Notes: generated by a model from the sequence alone, not told the origin. DNA of 24,000 nucleotides from Haloplanus salinus (GCF_003336245.1 NZ_QPHM01000001.1:1964113-1988112); one strand, 5' to 3'. Shown: positions 6,830 to 14,546, counted from the stretch's first letter. Made by a program: numbers and translations.

Positions 6830-8452
6830 ATGGGCGCCCTCTCCGACCGGGCCGGCTGGCCCCCCTCCCCGCCCGGCCTCGCGGTGTTCGTCTCCGGCGT
6901 CGTCAGCATGGGGCTGGAGATTCTCGCCGGCCGCATCGTCGCGCCGCAGTTCGGGAGCAGCATCTACACCTGGGGGAGCATCATCGCCGTCTTCCTCGCC
7001 GCGCTGAGCCTCGGCTACCACCTCGGCGGCAAGCGGGCGGCGCGCCGGGCGACCCACGACCGGCTCGCGTGGCTCCTCCTCGGCACCGCCGCGTACGTCG
7101 CCCTGGTCGTCTTCGCGTCCGACCTCCTGTTGGCCGCGGCCGGTGCCATCCCCCTCCCCGGCCGGTTCGCCTCGCTCCCGGCCGTCACGCTCCTGTTCGG
7201 TCCACCGACGTACCTCCTCGGGTTCATCAGCCCCTACGCCGCCGAACTGACCGAGGCGGAGGCCGTCGGCGCCGCCTCCGGCCACGTCTACGCCGTCGGA
7301 ACCGTCGGCAGCATCGTCGGCGCCTTCGCCACCACCTTCTTCCTGATCCCCGAACTGAGCGTCGAGGCCATCGGCGTCGGCTTCGGCCTCCTCTCGGTCG
7401 GGACGGCGCTGTGGCTCGCACGGGCGACCGGCGGCCGCGACCCGGCGCTCGCGAGCGTCGCCGTCGCCGTCCTCGTCGTCGTCGCCGGATTCAGCGGCGC
7501 CATCGGCGTCTCCGCCGGCGGTCCCGTTCTCTATCAGACCCAGACTCCTTACCAGGAACTCGAAGTCACGCAAGTCGGCGACGTGCGGACCCTCTATCTC
7601 GACGGTCAGCCCCACAGCGCGATGGACGTCGCCGACCCCGACCGCCACGTCTTCGAGTATACGCGCTACTTCCACCTCCCCCTCCTCATGACCGAGGACG
7701 TCGACCGGGTGCTCTTCGTCGGCGGCGGCGGCTTCACCGGCCCCAAACACTTCGCGTCCGAGTACGACGTGACCGTCGACGTGGCGGAACTCGACCCCGC
7801 GGTGATCGGGGCCGCGAAGCGATATTTCGACCTCGAGGAGTCCGCGAACCTGAACGTCTACAACACCGGCGGCCGGCAGTTCCTCCAGGAGACGAACCGC
7901 ACCTACGACCTGATCGTCCTCGACGCCTACAAGAAAGACAAGGTGCCCTTCCAGTTGACGACCGTCGAGTTCATGCGCCTCGCCGAGTCGCGACTGGACG
8001 ACGACGGCGTCCTCTTCGCCAACCTCATCTCCGCGCCGAACGGTCCGGCTTCGAAGTTCTACCGCGCCGAACACAAGACGATGGCGCGGGTCTTCCCGCA
8101 GGTCTACACCTTCCCGACCGCCAGCGACGCCGGGAGCGTCGTCCAGAACCTCGAAGTCGTCGCGACCAAGCGATCCGAGCGGTTCACGCCCGCGACCCTC
8201 CGACGGCGTAACGAGGCACGGAACCTCGGCGTCGACCTCGCGGACGAAATCGAGACGTCCCGACCGCCGCCACGGACCGACGACGTGCCCGTCCTGCGCG
8301 ACGACCGGGCGCCCGTCGACGCCCTTCTCGACCCGATGGTCGGCCAGCGGTACGTGATCCAGCGGACCGACGCGAACGGCTCGGAAACGGCGGCGCGGGT
8401 CGTACGCCCCGTCGATCCGCGGACGCTCGCCGCCCCGACCGGCGGCACGTGA
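6830..8452 (+). CDS. fused polytopic-membrane / spermidine synthase-like (class I methyltransferase fold) protein
   Basis: The N-terminal ~220 aa has about 7 hydrophobic helices (FVSGVVSMGLEILAGRIVAPQFGSSIYTWGSIIAVFLAAL...). It is followed by a spermidine-synthase-like core (RVLFVGGGGFTGPKHF, VDVAELDPAVIGAAKRYF, YDLIVLDAY). ATG 6830 fits the TATA spacing; ATG 6818 (track) is also possible. Confidence 0.85.
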   Translation: MGALSDRAGWPPSPPGLAVFVSGVVSMGLEILAGRIVAPQFGSSIYTWGSIIAVFLAALSLGYHLGGKRAARRATHDRLAWLLLGTAAYVALVVFASDLLLAAAGAIPLPGRFASLPAVTLLFGPPTYLLGFISPYAAELTEAEAVGAASGHVYAVGTVGSIVGAFATTFFLIPELSVEAIGVGFGLLSVGTALWLARATGGRDPALASVAVAVLVVVAGFSGAIGVSAGGPVLYQTQTPYQELEVTQVGDVRTLYLDGQPHSAMDVADPDRHVFEYTRYFHLPLLMTEDVDRVLFVGGGGFTGPKHFASEYDVTVDVAELDPAVIGAAKRYFDLEESANLNVYNTGGRQFLQETNRTYDLIVLDAYKKDKVPFQLTTVEFMRLAESRLDDDGVLFANLISAPNGPASKFYRAEHKTMARVFPQVYTFPTASDAGSVVQNLEVVATKRSERFTPATLRRRNEARNLGVDLADEIETSRPPPRTDDVPVLRDDRAPVDALLDPMVGQRYVIQRTDANGSETAARVVRPVDPRTLAAPTGGT

Positions 8453-9583
8453 TCACTCGATCCGCAGGTCGTCGATCACGTCCTCGTCGAGTTCGACGCC
8501 GATACCCGGGCGGTCCGGCGGCGTCATGACGCCCGCCTCCAGCCCGAACTCGTCCTGGTTCGCGACGTAGGGGCTGGCGACGTACTGGCCGGGGTCGTCG
8601 GCGTCGTCGTCGTAGACGGCGAACTCGATGAGGTCGCAGGCGGGGCTCGCGACGGCGACGTGGAGACTCGCCGCGTAGTTGACAAGCGGGCCGAACGCGT
8701 GCGGGACGAACCGCTCGTCGAACGCCTCGACGAGCGTCGCGACGCGGTTCGCGGCCGTCACGCCGCCACAGACGTACAGCGACGGCTGGTAGACGTCGAG
8801 CGCGTTCGCGCGGAGGTGGTCGACCGCCGGGTAGTGAGGGTAGTGGGACTGGTAGGCGGCGACCGGGGTGTCCAGTTGCCGGTTGAGTTCGGCCTGCCCC
8901 TCGATGTTCGTATGCGCGATGGGCTCCTCGAACCACTCCATCTCCAACTCGTCGGCCGTCCGTCCGAGGCGAAGCGCCTCCGGGAAGCTGTAGGAGGTGT
9001 TGGCGTCCATCGAGAGCCGGAAGCCGTCGGGAAGCGCCCCGGCGATGGTGGTGATGCGCTCCCGGTCGCGCTCGACGCCTGCACCCACGGTGATCTTCAT
9101 GGAGTCGAACCCGGCGTCGGCGAGCCACGCACCGTCCTCGACGAGTTCCTCCGTCGGCTTGCGGTGCGGGAAGGTGGCGTACGCGGCCACGTCGCCCGCC
9201 GCGCCGCCGAGCAGTTCGTACAGCGGCTTCCCCGCGTCCTTCGCGGCGATGTCCCAGAGCGCCTCGTCGATGGCCGAGAGCGGCTTGAACGCCCCCGAGC
9301 GTTTGGCGTGCTGGTAGAGTTCGCTCCAGCGCTGGCTCACGTCCCTCGGGGTCTCGCCCACGAGGTGTCGCGCGAGCGCGTTCACGCCCTCGGCGGCGTA
9401 CACCGCGTCCCTCCCGGTGGGATCGTAGGTTAGCGTCTCGCCGAGTCCGGTGATCCCCGCGTCCGTGTGGACCTTCACGACCACCGGCGACACGCCGATG
9501 GTCTGTTCGGTCTCGCCGGTCTTCATCCGTACCGTATCCACCGGGCTCTCCAGTGGGATGGCTTCCACGTCAGTTACGTGCAT
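8453..9583 (-). CDS. enolase-superfamily enzyme (mandelate racemase/muconate lactonizing family; likely a sugar-acid dehydratase)
   Basis: N-terminal capping domain (VVVKVHTDAGITGLGET). Barrel with metal-ligand contexts LSMDAN and EWFEEP, and substrate-lid motifs (SAIDEALWDIAAKDAGKPLYELLGG). ATG 9581-9583 has a TATAAG box about 29 nt upstream. Confidence 0.88.
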   Translation of the reverse strand: MHVTDVEAIPLESPVDTVRMKTGETEQTIGVSPVVVKVHTDAGITGLGETLTYDPTGRDAVYAAEGVNALARHLVGETPRDVSQRWSELYQHAKRSGAFKPLSAIDEALWDIAAKDAGKPLYELLGGAAGDVAAYATFPHRKPTEELVEDGAWLADAGFDSMKITVGAGVERDRERITTIAGALPDGFRLSMDANTSYSFPEALRLGRTADELEMEWFEEPIAHTNIEGQAELNRQLDTPVAAYQSHYPHYPAVDHLRANALDVYQPSLYVCGGVTAANRVATLVEAFDERFVPHAFGPLVNYAASLHVAVASPACDLIEFAVYDDDADDPGQYVASPYVANQDEFGLEAGVMTPPDRPGIGVELDEDVIDDLRIE

Positions 9584-9609
9584 ACGCCGGCCGCTTCACC
9601 CGCCGCCGA

Positions 9610-9615
9610 TATAAG
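9610..9615 (-). promoter_or_regulatory. TATA box (minus strand CTTATA) for the enolase-superfamily gene
   Basis: GATATAAG is centred about 29 nt upstream of ATG 9583. Confidence 0.5.
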
Positions 9616-9661
9616 CTGTTAGCACGGCCGGCTGACGGCAGTTGCTCGCCGGCGTGGTTGC

Positions 9662-9691
9662 GAAGAAAAACACGAAATCGCCTTCCGGCGA
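9662..9691 (-). terminator. hairpin plus oligo-U terminator downstream of csp
   Basis: The minus-strand RNA after the TAA stop reads ...ACG UCGCC GGAA GGCGA UUUCGUGUUUUUCUU. That is a 5-bp stem with a GGAA tetraloop followed by a U-rich tract. Confidence 0.45.
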
Positions 9692-9700
9692 CGTTCCTGC

Positions 9701-9895
9701 TTAGACGCGAACGACGTTCGTCGCGCGCGGGCCCTTGGGGGCCTGTTCGATGTCGAATTCGATCTCGGTCCCTTCCGTCAGATCCTCACCGCCAACGTCC
9801 TCCATGTGGAAGAATACGTCGTCGTCAGCATCCTCTGTGTCGATGAAACCGTAGCCGCCAGTGTCGTTGAAGAAATCAACTTTCCCGTTTGCCAT
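9701..9895 (-). CDS. csp: cold-shock domain protein
   Basis: MANGKVDFFNDTGGYGFIDTEDADDDVFFHMEDVGG... carries the RNP1-like GYGFI and RNP2-like VFFH motifs. 64 aa. ATG 9893-9895; the track start at 9916 adds 7 atypical residues. Confidence 0.95.
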   Translation of the reverse strand: MANGKVDFFNDTGGYGFIDTEDADDDVFFHMEDVGGEDLTEGTEIEFDIEQAPKGPRATNVVRV

Positions 9896-9997
9896 TGCAA
9901 TTACACTAACACGCACTCGACGGTTAAGCGTTGTGCATTCGTTTTTCGGATGCGGTTTCGGGAATACGAACGTTTCGTTGGAGGCTATCCCAGTGCC

Positions 9998-10004
9998 TAT
10001 TTAT
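9998..10004 (-). promoter_or_regulatory. candidate TATA element (minus strand GGATAAATAGG) for csp, implying a ~80-nt 5' UTR
   Basis: This is the most AT-rich stretch of the window (9900-10020). A second weak candidate (CTTAAC, ~9921-9930) lies 31 nt from the ATG, so the exact promoter is not resolved. Confidence 0.3.
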
Positions 10005-10110
10005 CCAAACAAGTCGCTTTTCGGCGCGTCGAGTGCCCACTTCGACACCGAACCCCGCCAGTTCCGGCGAGTCCACCGTTTACCGAGGTACAAGGAGGAA
10101 GCCCACGACT

Positions 10111-10965
10111 TCAGTCGTTGGTAACTGACTCCCGCGAATCGAACTCCTGATAGATGACGTGCCCACAGGCCTTGCAGTGGGAGGCGTCGGCGTCGTGGTA
10201 CCCGAGACCACACTCCGGGCAGGTGACGCTCACCTTCCCCTTGTGGCCCCACTCTTTCACGATCTTGCTCGCCTGCCACGGAATGACGATGATCCCGGCG
10301 AGGATGGTCGCCACGGTCACCCACCGGCCCGCCGTCGTGACGGGGAGGATGTCGCCGAACCCGACCGTCGAGAGCGTGACGACCGTGTAGTAGAACGCGT
10401 CGCCGAAGGTGTTCACGCCTGGGTTCGCCGCGTGTTCGGCGCCGTAGAACAGCCCGGCGGAGACGAAAAAGATCACGAGGACGGTCAGGAGGAGTTTGAC
10501 CGCCCGGAGGGTGTTGTCGGTGACGGTCCCGAAGAAAAACTCCGCGTCGCGGGTGAACCGGTAGAACCGCAGGACACGCACCACCCGGATCACCCGCATG
10601 AACCCGACGTTCACCCCGACCGTCGAGAGCGGCAGGACGACCACCGCGAGCGTCGGCAGTATCGCCAGCAGGTCGACCATCGTGTAGCCGTTGAAAAACT
10701 CCGCCACGCGGTTTCGAGCACCGTACAGCCGGAGGCCGTACTCGACGAGGAAGACGAGGGCGATGGCGACCTCCAGTTCCCAGAACAGGGCATCGGTCGC
10801 CGGCGACAGCGCGTACGTCTCCGCGACGAACACCGCGACGAACACCAGGTTCAGCGCCAGCAACCCCACGTCGATCACCTTCCCGAGCGGCGTTCGGTGG
10901 TCCAGCAGGTAGAACCGCACCACGTCGCGCGCGCTGCGGTCACCGCCGGTCGACGCCGTCGTCAT
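10111..10965 (-). CDS. voltage-sensor-type 6-TM potassium channel with C-terminal zinc-ribbon
   Basis: S4-like Arg repeat MRVIRVVRVLRFYRFTR. Pore helix plus filter FYYTVVTLSTVGFGD. Four upstream helices and an S6 (GRWVTVATILAGIIVIPW). The C-terminal tail is CPECGLGYHDADASHCKACGH (Cys249..Cys267, bases 10165-10221). Confidence 0.9.
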   Translation of the reverse strand: MTTASTGGDRSARDVVRFYLLDHRTPLGKVIDVGLLALNLVFVAVFVAETYALSPATDALFWELEVAIALVFLVEYGLRLYGARNRVAEFFNGYTMVDLLAILPTLAVVVLPLSTVGVNVGFMRVIRVVRVLRFYRFTRDAEFFFGTVTDNTLRAVKLLLTVLVIFFVSAGLFYGAEHAANPGVNTFGDAFYYTVVTLSTVGFGDILPVTTAGRWVTVATILAGIIVIPWQASKIVKEWGHKGKVSVTCPECGLGYHDADASHCKACGHVIYQEFDSRESVTND

Positions 10966-11046
10966 GCGATAACGTCCGGCGCCGACCTACGTAGACCCTC
11001 GGGTCGAGCGACAGGGCTTTCGGCCGCGCTCTCGAGGCCTCCCACG

Positions 11047-11772
11047 ATGGCTCGTCGAGCCGACCTCGACCGTTTTTACGCCCTGCTCGCCGACCTCGCC
11101 GACCGGGTCGGTGGGGCGTGGAAGCTCAAACGCTGTACCGGCTACATGGACTGGCCCGACCGCGGCGTCTACGTCTTCCTTGCCCCGGGCGAGACGCGAT
11201 CGGCCGACCAACACCGCGTTACCCGCGTCGGCACCCACGCCGTCGTCGCCGGCAGCAGCACGTCGCTCTGGGACCGGCTGAAGGGACACTCCGGCACCGG
11301 AGCGGGGAGTTCGGCCCACCCCCACGGCGGCAACCACCGCGGCTCCGTCTACCGCGAACGCGTCGGCGAGGCGCTCATCGAGCGACACGGTCTCCACGAC
11401 GACTACCCCGACTGGGGGACGCGGTGGTCGAAAATCGACCGCGACCGCGGCGCCGTCCGCGACGAGGAGTACCCCCTCGAACGCCGCGTGAGCACCTACA
11501 TCCGCGAGCAGCCGTTTCTCCCGGTCGCCCTCGACGACGAACCGGGTCCCGACAGCGACCGGGCGTTCGTCGAGCGAAACGCCATCGCGCTCCTGAGCAA
11601 CTTCGAGCGGTCGGCGATCGACCCTCGCGCCGACGACTGGCTGGGCCGACACGGCCGGAGCCGAAAGATCCGCGAATCGGGCCTGTGGAACGTCGACCAC
11701 GTCGACGAGACGTACGATCCGGCCGTTCTGGATCGCCTCGAACGGGCCGTCGAAGGGACGACGCCGCCGTAA
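11047..11772 (+). CDS. uncharacterised protein with GIY-YIG-nuclease-like motif pattern
   Basis: ATG 11047 (MARRADLDRFYALLADLADRVGG...). The motif order resembles a GIY-YIG core: GVYVF ... VTRVGTH ... LWDRLKGH ... GGNHRGSVYRERVGEAL ... ERRVSTYI ... FVERNAIALLSN. Codon position 3 is strongly G/C. The track ORF from 10159 is an antisense extension over the channel gene. The family assignment is from memory and tentative. Confidence 0.65.
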   Translation: MARRADLDRFYALLADLADRVGGAWKLKRCTGYMDWPDRGVYVFLAPGETRSADQHRVTRVGTHAVVAGSSTSLWDRLKGHSGTGAGSSAHPHGGNHRGSVYRERVGEALIERHGLHDDYPDWGTRWSKIDRDRGAVRDEEYPLERRVSTYIREQPFLPVALDDEPGPDSDRAFVERNAIALLSNFERSAIDPRADDWLGRHGRSRKIRESGLWNVDHVDETYDPAVLDRLERAVEGTTPP

Positions 11773-12206
11773 CGCACCGACGGCGGGGGTTCCCGACTAC
11801 TCCGGCGTCGGTTCGGGCACCGCGTACGGCCGTCCACAGCCGTGATTCTCCAGTTCGCGGTCGGGACAGGTGGTGTGGCGCTCGCGACGGCGCGCGACGG
11901 ACCGTCGCTGTCGGGTCGGATCGGCTTCGAGTCGTTCCCCGACGCCGCCGGGGAGAGGCACCGAAGGCGACGAGCTCAGCCCCGCAGTTCGGGCGAGGTC
12001 GGATCACGACAGGTGGCGTGTCGCGCCCGGCAGAACGGGGTCGGTCGTCGGAGAACTGGCCTCGGCACTCATAGGGCTCGTCACTGCCGGGTGCCACCCC
12101 GACTCGGAGCGGTGCGCTCGTCATCGGCCGTTCGACGCTCCGCCCTACAGACTCAAATGTCCCCCGACCCGCGGCTTTGTGTCGCTCCGGCGCGTAGTGG
12201 GCGTCG

Positions 12207-13151
12207 ATGGCCGAGACTGACACCGACATCGTTCTCTACGGGGGGAAAGGCGGCGTCGGCAAGACGACCTGTGCGGCGGCCCACGCGCTCGCTCGCTCCC
12301 GGTCCGGCGCGCGGACGCTCGTCGTCTCCACGGACCCCGCTCACTCGCTGGGCGACGCGTTCGAACGCGAGTTGGGCCCCGACCCCACCGCGATCCGCGA
12401 CTCGCTCGCGGCGGTCGAAGTCGACCCGGAGACGGGACAGGAGGCGTATCGCGGCGTCGTCGAGGCGCTGGCCGACGAGTTCCGGTCGGCAGGGCTTCGT
12501 CTCGACGACGACGACCTCAAACGCCTGTTCGAAGCCGGACTGATCCCCGGCGGCGACGAGGTGGCGGCGCTCGAGTACGTCGCCCGTTACGCCGACGCCG
12601 ACTACGACACCGTCGTCTTCGACACGGCGCCGACGGGGCATACCCTGCGACTACTCGATCTGCCGGCCGTCCTCGCCGAGACGCTCGGGGTCGCCGGCGA
12701 CGTGCAGCGACGGGTGCGGCGGACCGCCCGCGCCGCTCGGAGCATGGTACTCGGCCCCGCGGCGTACTGGGGTAACGACGACGGCGACGGCGACGCCGTG
12801 TCGGCGCTCCACGACCGAATCGAGGCGGTCGGGGCGCTCCTGCGCGACCCGGACCGGACCGGGTTTCGGGTCGTCTGCACGCCCGAGCGCATGGCCATCG
12901 CGGAGAGCGAGCGCCTCGTCGCCCGCCTGCGGGCGGCGGCGGTGCCGGTCGATTCGGTCGTCGTCAATCGGGTGTTCACGAACCCGGGCGACTGCGGCTG
13001 TGACCGGTGCCGGCGCGACGAACGACGCCACGCCGACCGCCTCGCGACGGTGGACGAGACGTTCGACCTGCCGGTACGGCACGTGCCCGAACTCCCCGGC
13101 GAGTCGCAGGGCCTGGCCGCGCTGGAGCGGGTCGCGGCCGCACTCGGCTAA
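12207..13151 (+). CDS. arsA: ArsA/Get3 (TRC40)-type P-loop ATPase, single-domain
   Basis: Deviant Walker A YGGKGGVGKTT. STDPAHSL switch/A-loop motif. FDTAPTGHTLRLL (ArsA signature). Cys cluster GDCGCDRC, like the Get3 dimer zinc site. No arsB/C/R/D genes nearby. Confidence 0.88.
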   Translation: MAETDTDIVLYGGKGGVGKTTCAAAHALARSRSGARTLVVSTDPAHSLGDAFERELGPDPTAIRDSLAAVEVDPETGQEAYRGVVEALADEFRSAGLRLDDDDLKRLFEAGLIPGGDEVAALEYVARYADADYDTVVFDTAPTGHTLRLLDLPAVLAETLGVAGDVQRRVRRTARAARSMVLGPAAYWGNDDGDGDAVSALHDRIEAVGALLRDPDRTGFRVVCTPERMAIAESERLVARLRAAAVPVDSVVVNRVFTNPGDCGCDRCRRDERRHADRLATVDETFDLPVRHVPELPGESQGLAALERVAAALG

Positions 13152-14158
13152 CCTTCGATCCGGTCGCGTGCGGCGGCGACGAGAAGCGGGAGGGTGATCG
13201 TCGCGTCCCCGAGGACGGTGACGTTCTTCGCCGACTTCTCCAACTTCCCCCAGGACCGCGCCTCGTCGAGGGTGGCCCCCGAGAGGCCGCCGGTCGAGGC
13301 GGGGTCCGTGGTGAGTTGGACGCCGTAGTCGTACGCCTCCGGCACCGTGAGCATCGTCTGGAGGACGAAGTTCTTTGGGACGCCGCCGCCGACGACGGTG
13401 GCACCCGCCCTCTCGGCGTCGAAGGCCACGTCCGTGATGTTCGTCAGGTCCGCGAGCGCGTCGAGGGTGAACGCCGATACCTGCGAATGCATCCACGCCT
13501 GGATGCCGAGCACCGAGTCCTGGATCGCGGGGACGAACACGGGGACGTCGCTCTCGTACGCGGCGGCGGCGATGCCGGCGTCCTCGTCGACGCCGGTTGC
13601 CTCGTTCGCCGCCAGATTGGCACGGCCCAGTTCCCGCGTGAACTCGCTGGTCGCGACGACGCCGTCGAACTCGGGGAACACCCGGTCGCGGAGGTGGCTC
13701 TCGAACAGCGTGAAATGTTCCTGCGGGAGGTAGACGTTGTAGATGCGGTCCACCCCCTCGTCGCGGAGGCGCTCGTCGTGGTCGCGTTCGTGGCCCGCCT
13801 CGGCCGTCCGGCCGTGGTGGTGTTTGCCGCCGATGGCCTCGATGGCGTCGTGGGTGAGGTTCGCGCCCGTCGTGACGAGGGCGTCGATGTGACCGTCGCG
13901 GAGCAGGTCGGTCACCACCGACCGCATCCCGCCGGGGACCATCGCGCCGGCGAGGCCGAAGAAGTTGGTCACGTCCTCGCGGGCCAGCATCTCGGCGTAC
14001 ACGTCGACAGCGCGGCCCATCTTCGCCGCGCCGATACCCGCGTTGCCGTACTCGTCGGCGAGGTCACCGACGCTCATGCCCGCCCACGCGTCGGCGTGGC
14101 CGAGCGGGTCCTCGTGGAACTCCTCCCGGTGGTCGCGTCCGGCGTCGTCGTCGGTCAT
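13148..14158 (-). CDS. dys: deoxyhypusine synthase
   Basis: GLAGAMVPGGMRSVVTDLLRDGHIDALVTTGANLTHDAIEAIGGKHHHG and VPVFVPAIQDSVLG, with GGGVPKNF near the C-terminus, are characteristic DHS blocks. ATG 14156-14158 (MTDDDAGRDHREEF). The track extension to 14401 is Arg-rich. Its stop overlaps the arsA stop by 4 bp. Confidence 0.92.
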   Translation of the reverse strand: MTDDDAGRDHREEFHEDPLGHADAWAGMSVGDLADEYGNAGIGAAKMGRAVDVYAEMLAREDVTNFFGLAGAMVPGGMRSVVTDLLRDGHIDALVTTGANLTHDAIEAIGGKHHHGRTAEAGHERDHDERLRDEGVDRIYNVYLPQEHFTLFESHLRDRVFPEFDGVVATSEFTRELGRANLAANEATGVDEDAGIAAAAYESDVPVFVPAIQDSVLGIQAWMHSQVSAFTLDALADLTNITDVAFDAERAGATVVGGGVPKNFVLQTMLTVPEAYDYGVQLTTDPASTGGLSGATLDEARSWGKLEKSAKNVTVLGDATITLPLLVAAARDRIEG

Positions 14159-14546
14159 TGACGGCCCTGTGCGCCCCAGCGATTTCAACGGCCCGATCCG
14201 ACCCCGCTCACCGCTCCACGAGCGCACGGAAACCGGGCCACGGGCTGTAGCGTGCTCCTCGGTCGGCTGCGCGTCCGGCGCTTCCCGTCGGCGACGAACC
14301 GGCGTCGGTCCAGTTCCGTCCGGCCGGCGCCGTCGTCGGCACCAACGTCGAACGGCCCCTCGTCCCGGAACTGTCGCTGGGAGATGGGGGGCAGCGTCCA
14401 CGGCGTGTCGGTGTGAAGCGTGTCCCCCGCGACTCCGGTGACCCGTGACACCCGTGTCGGTACGGACCGTCGATGGTGGGATCGGGCACGACTGGTTCCC
14501 CGACTGAACGCCGTACGACGGCCGTTTTCGTGAACGTCTCGCCCGT

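Noticed and set aside
6800-8074. A 424-aa minus-strand ORF, and a 469-aa plus-strand off-frame ORF (6802..8211), overlapping the spermidine-synthase-like gene.
   Set aside because: The antisense frame is V/E/G/D/H-rich and the off-frame ORF is Arg/Pro-rich. The chosen frame alone has TM helices plus spermidine-synthase-fold motifs.
12207-13151. An arsenic-resistance operon interpretation of the ArsA-type ATPase.
   Set aside because: It is a single-domain ArsA with a Cys cluster like the Get3 zinc site. No arsB, arsC, arsR or arsD genes are nearby. A Get3/TRC40-like tail-anchored-protein targeting role is more likely than arsenite efflux.
13007-14161. Long antisense ORFs opposite dys (13007..14161), NIF3 (14562..15221), agmatinase (15379..16248), ABC1 kinase (16652..17863), moeA (18788..19663), the response regulator (22061..22744), HAD (22892..23626) and the enolase-family gene (8660..9433).
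   Set aside because: All share the V/E/G/D/H/R-rich shadow composition. Each lies exactly opposite a gene with strong family motifs. None has a promoter-like element at its start.
14159-14401. N-terminal extensions offered by the ORF track: dys to 14401, rdfA to 6963, HAD to 23575, GIY-YIG-like to 10159, BCCT to 1766 and csp to 9916.
   Set aside because: The extensions are Arg/Pro-rich, cross neighbouring genes or promoters, and precede canonical family N-termini. Internal ATGs with TATA boxes about 28 nt upstream explain the genes better.
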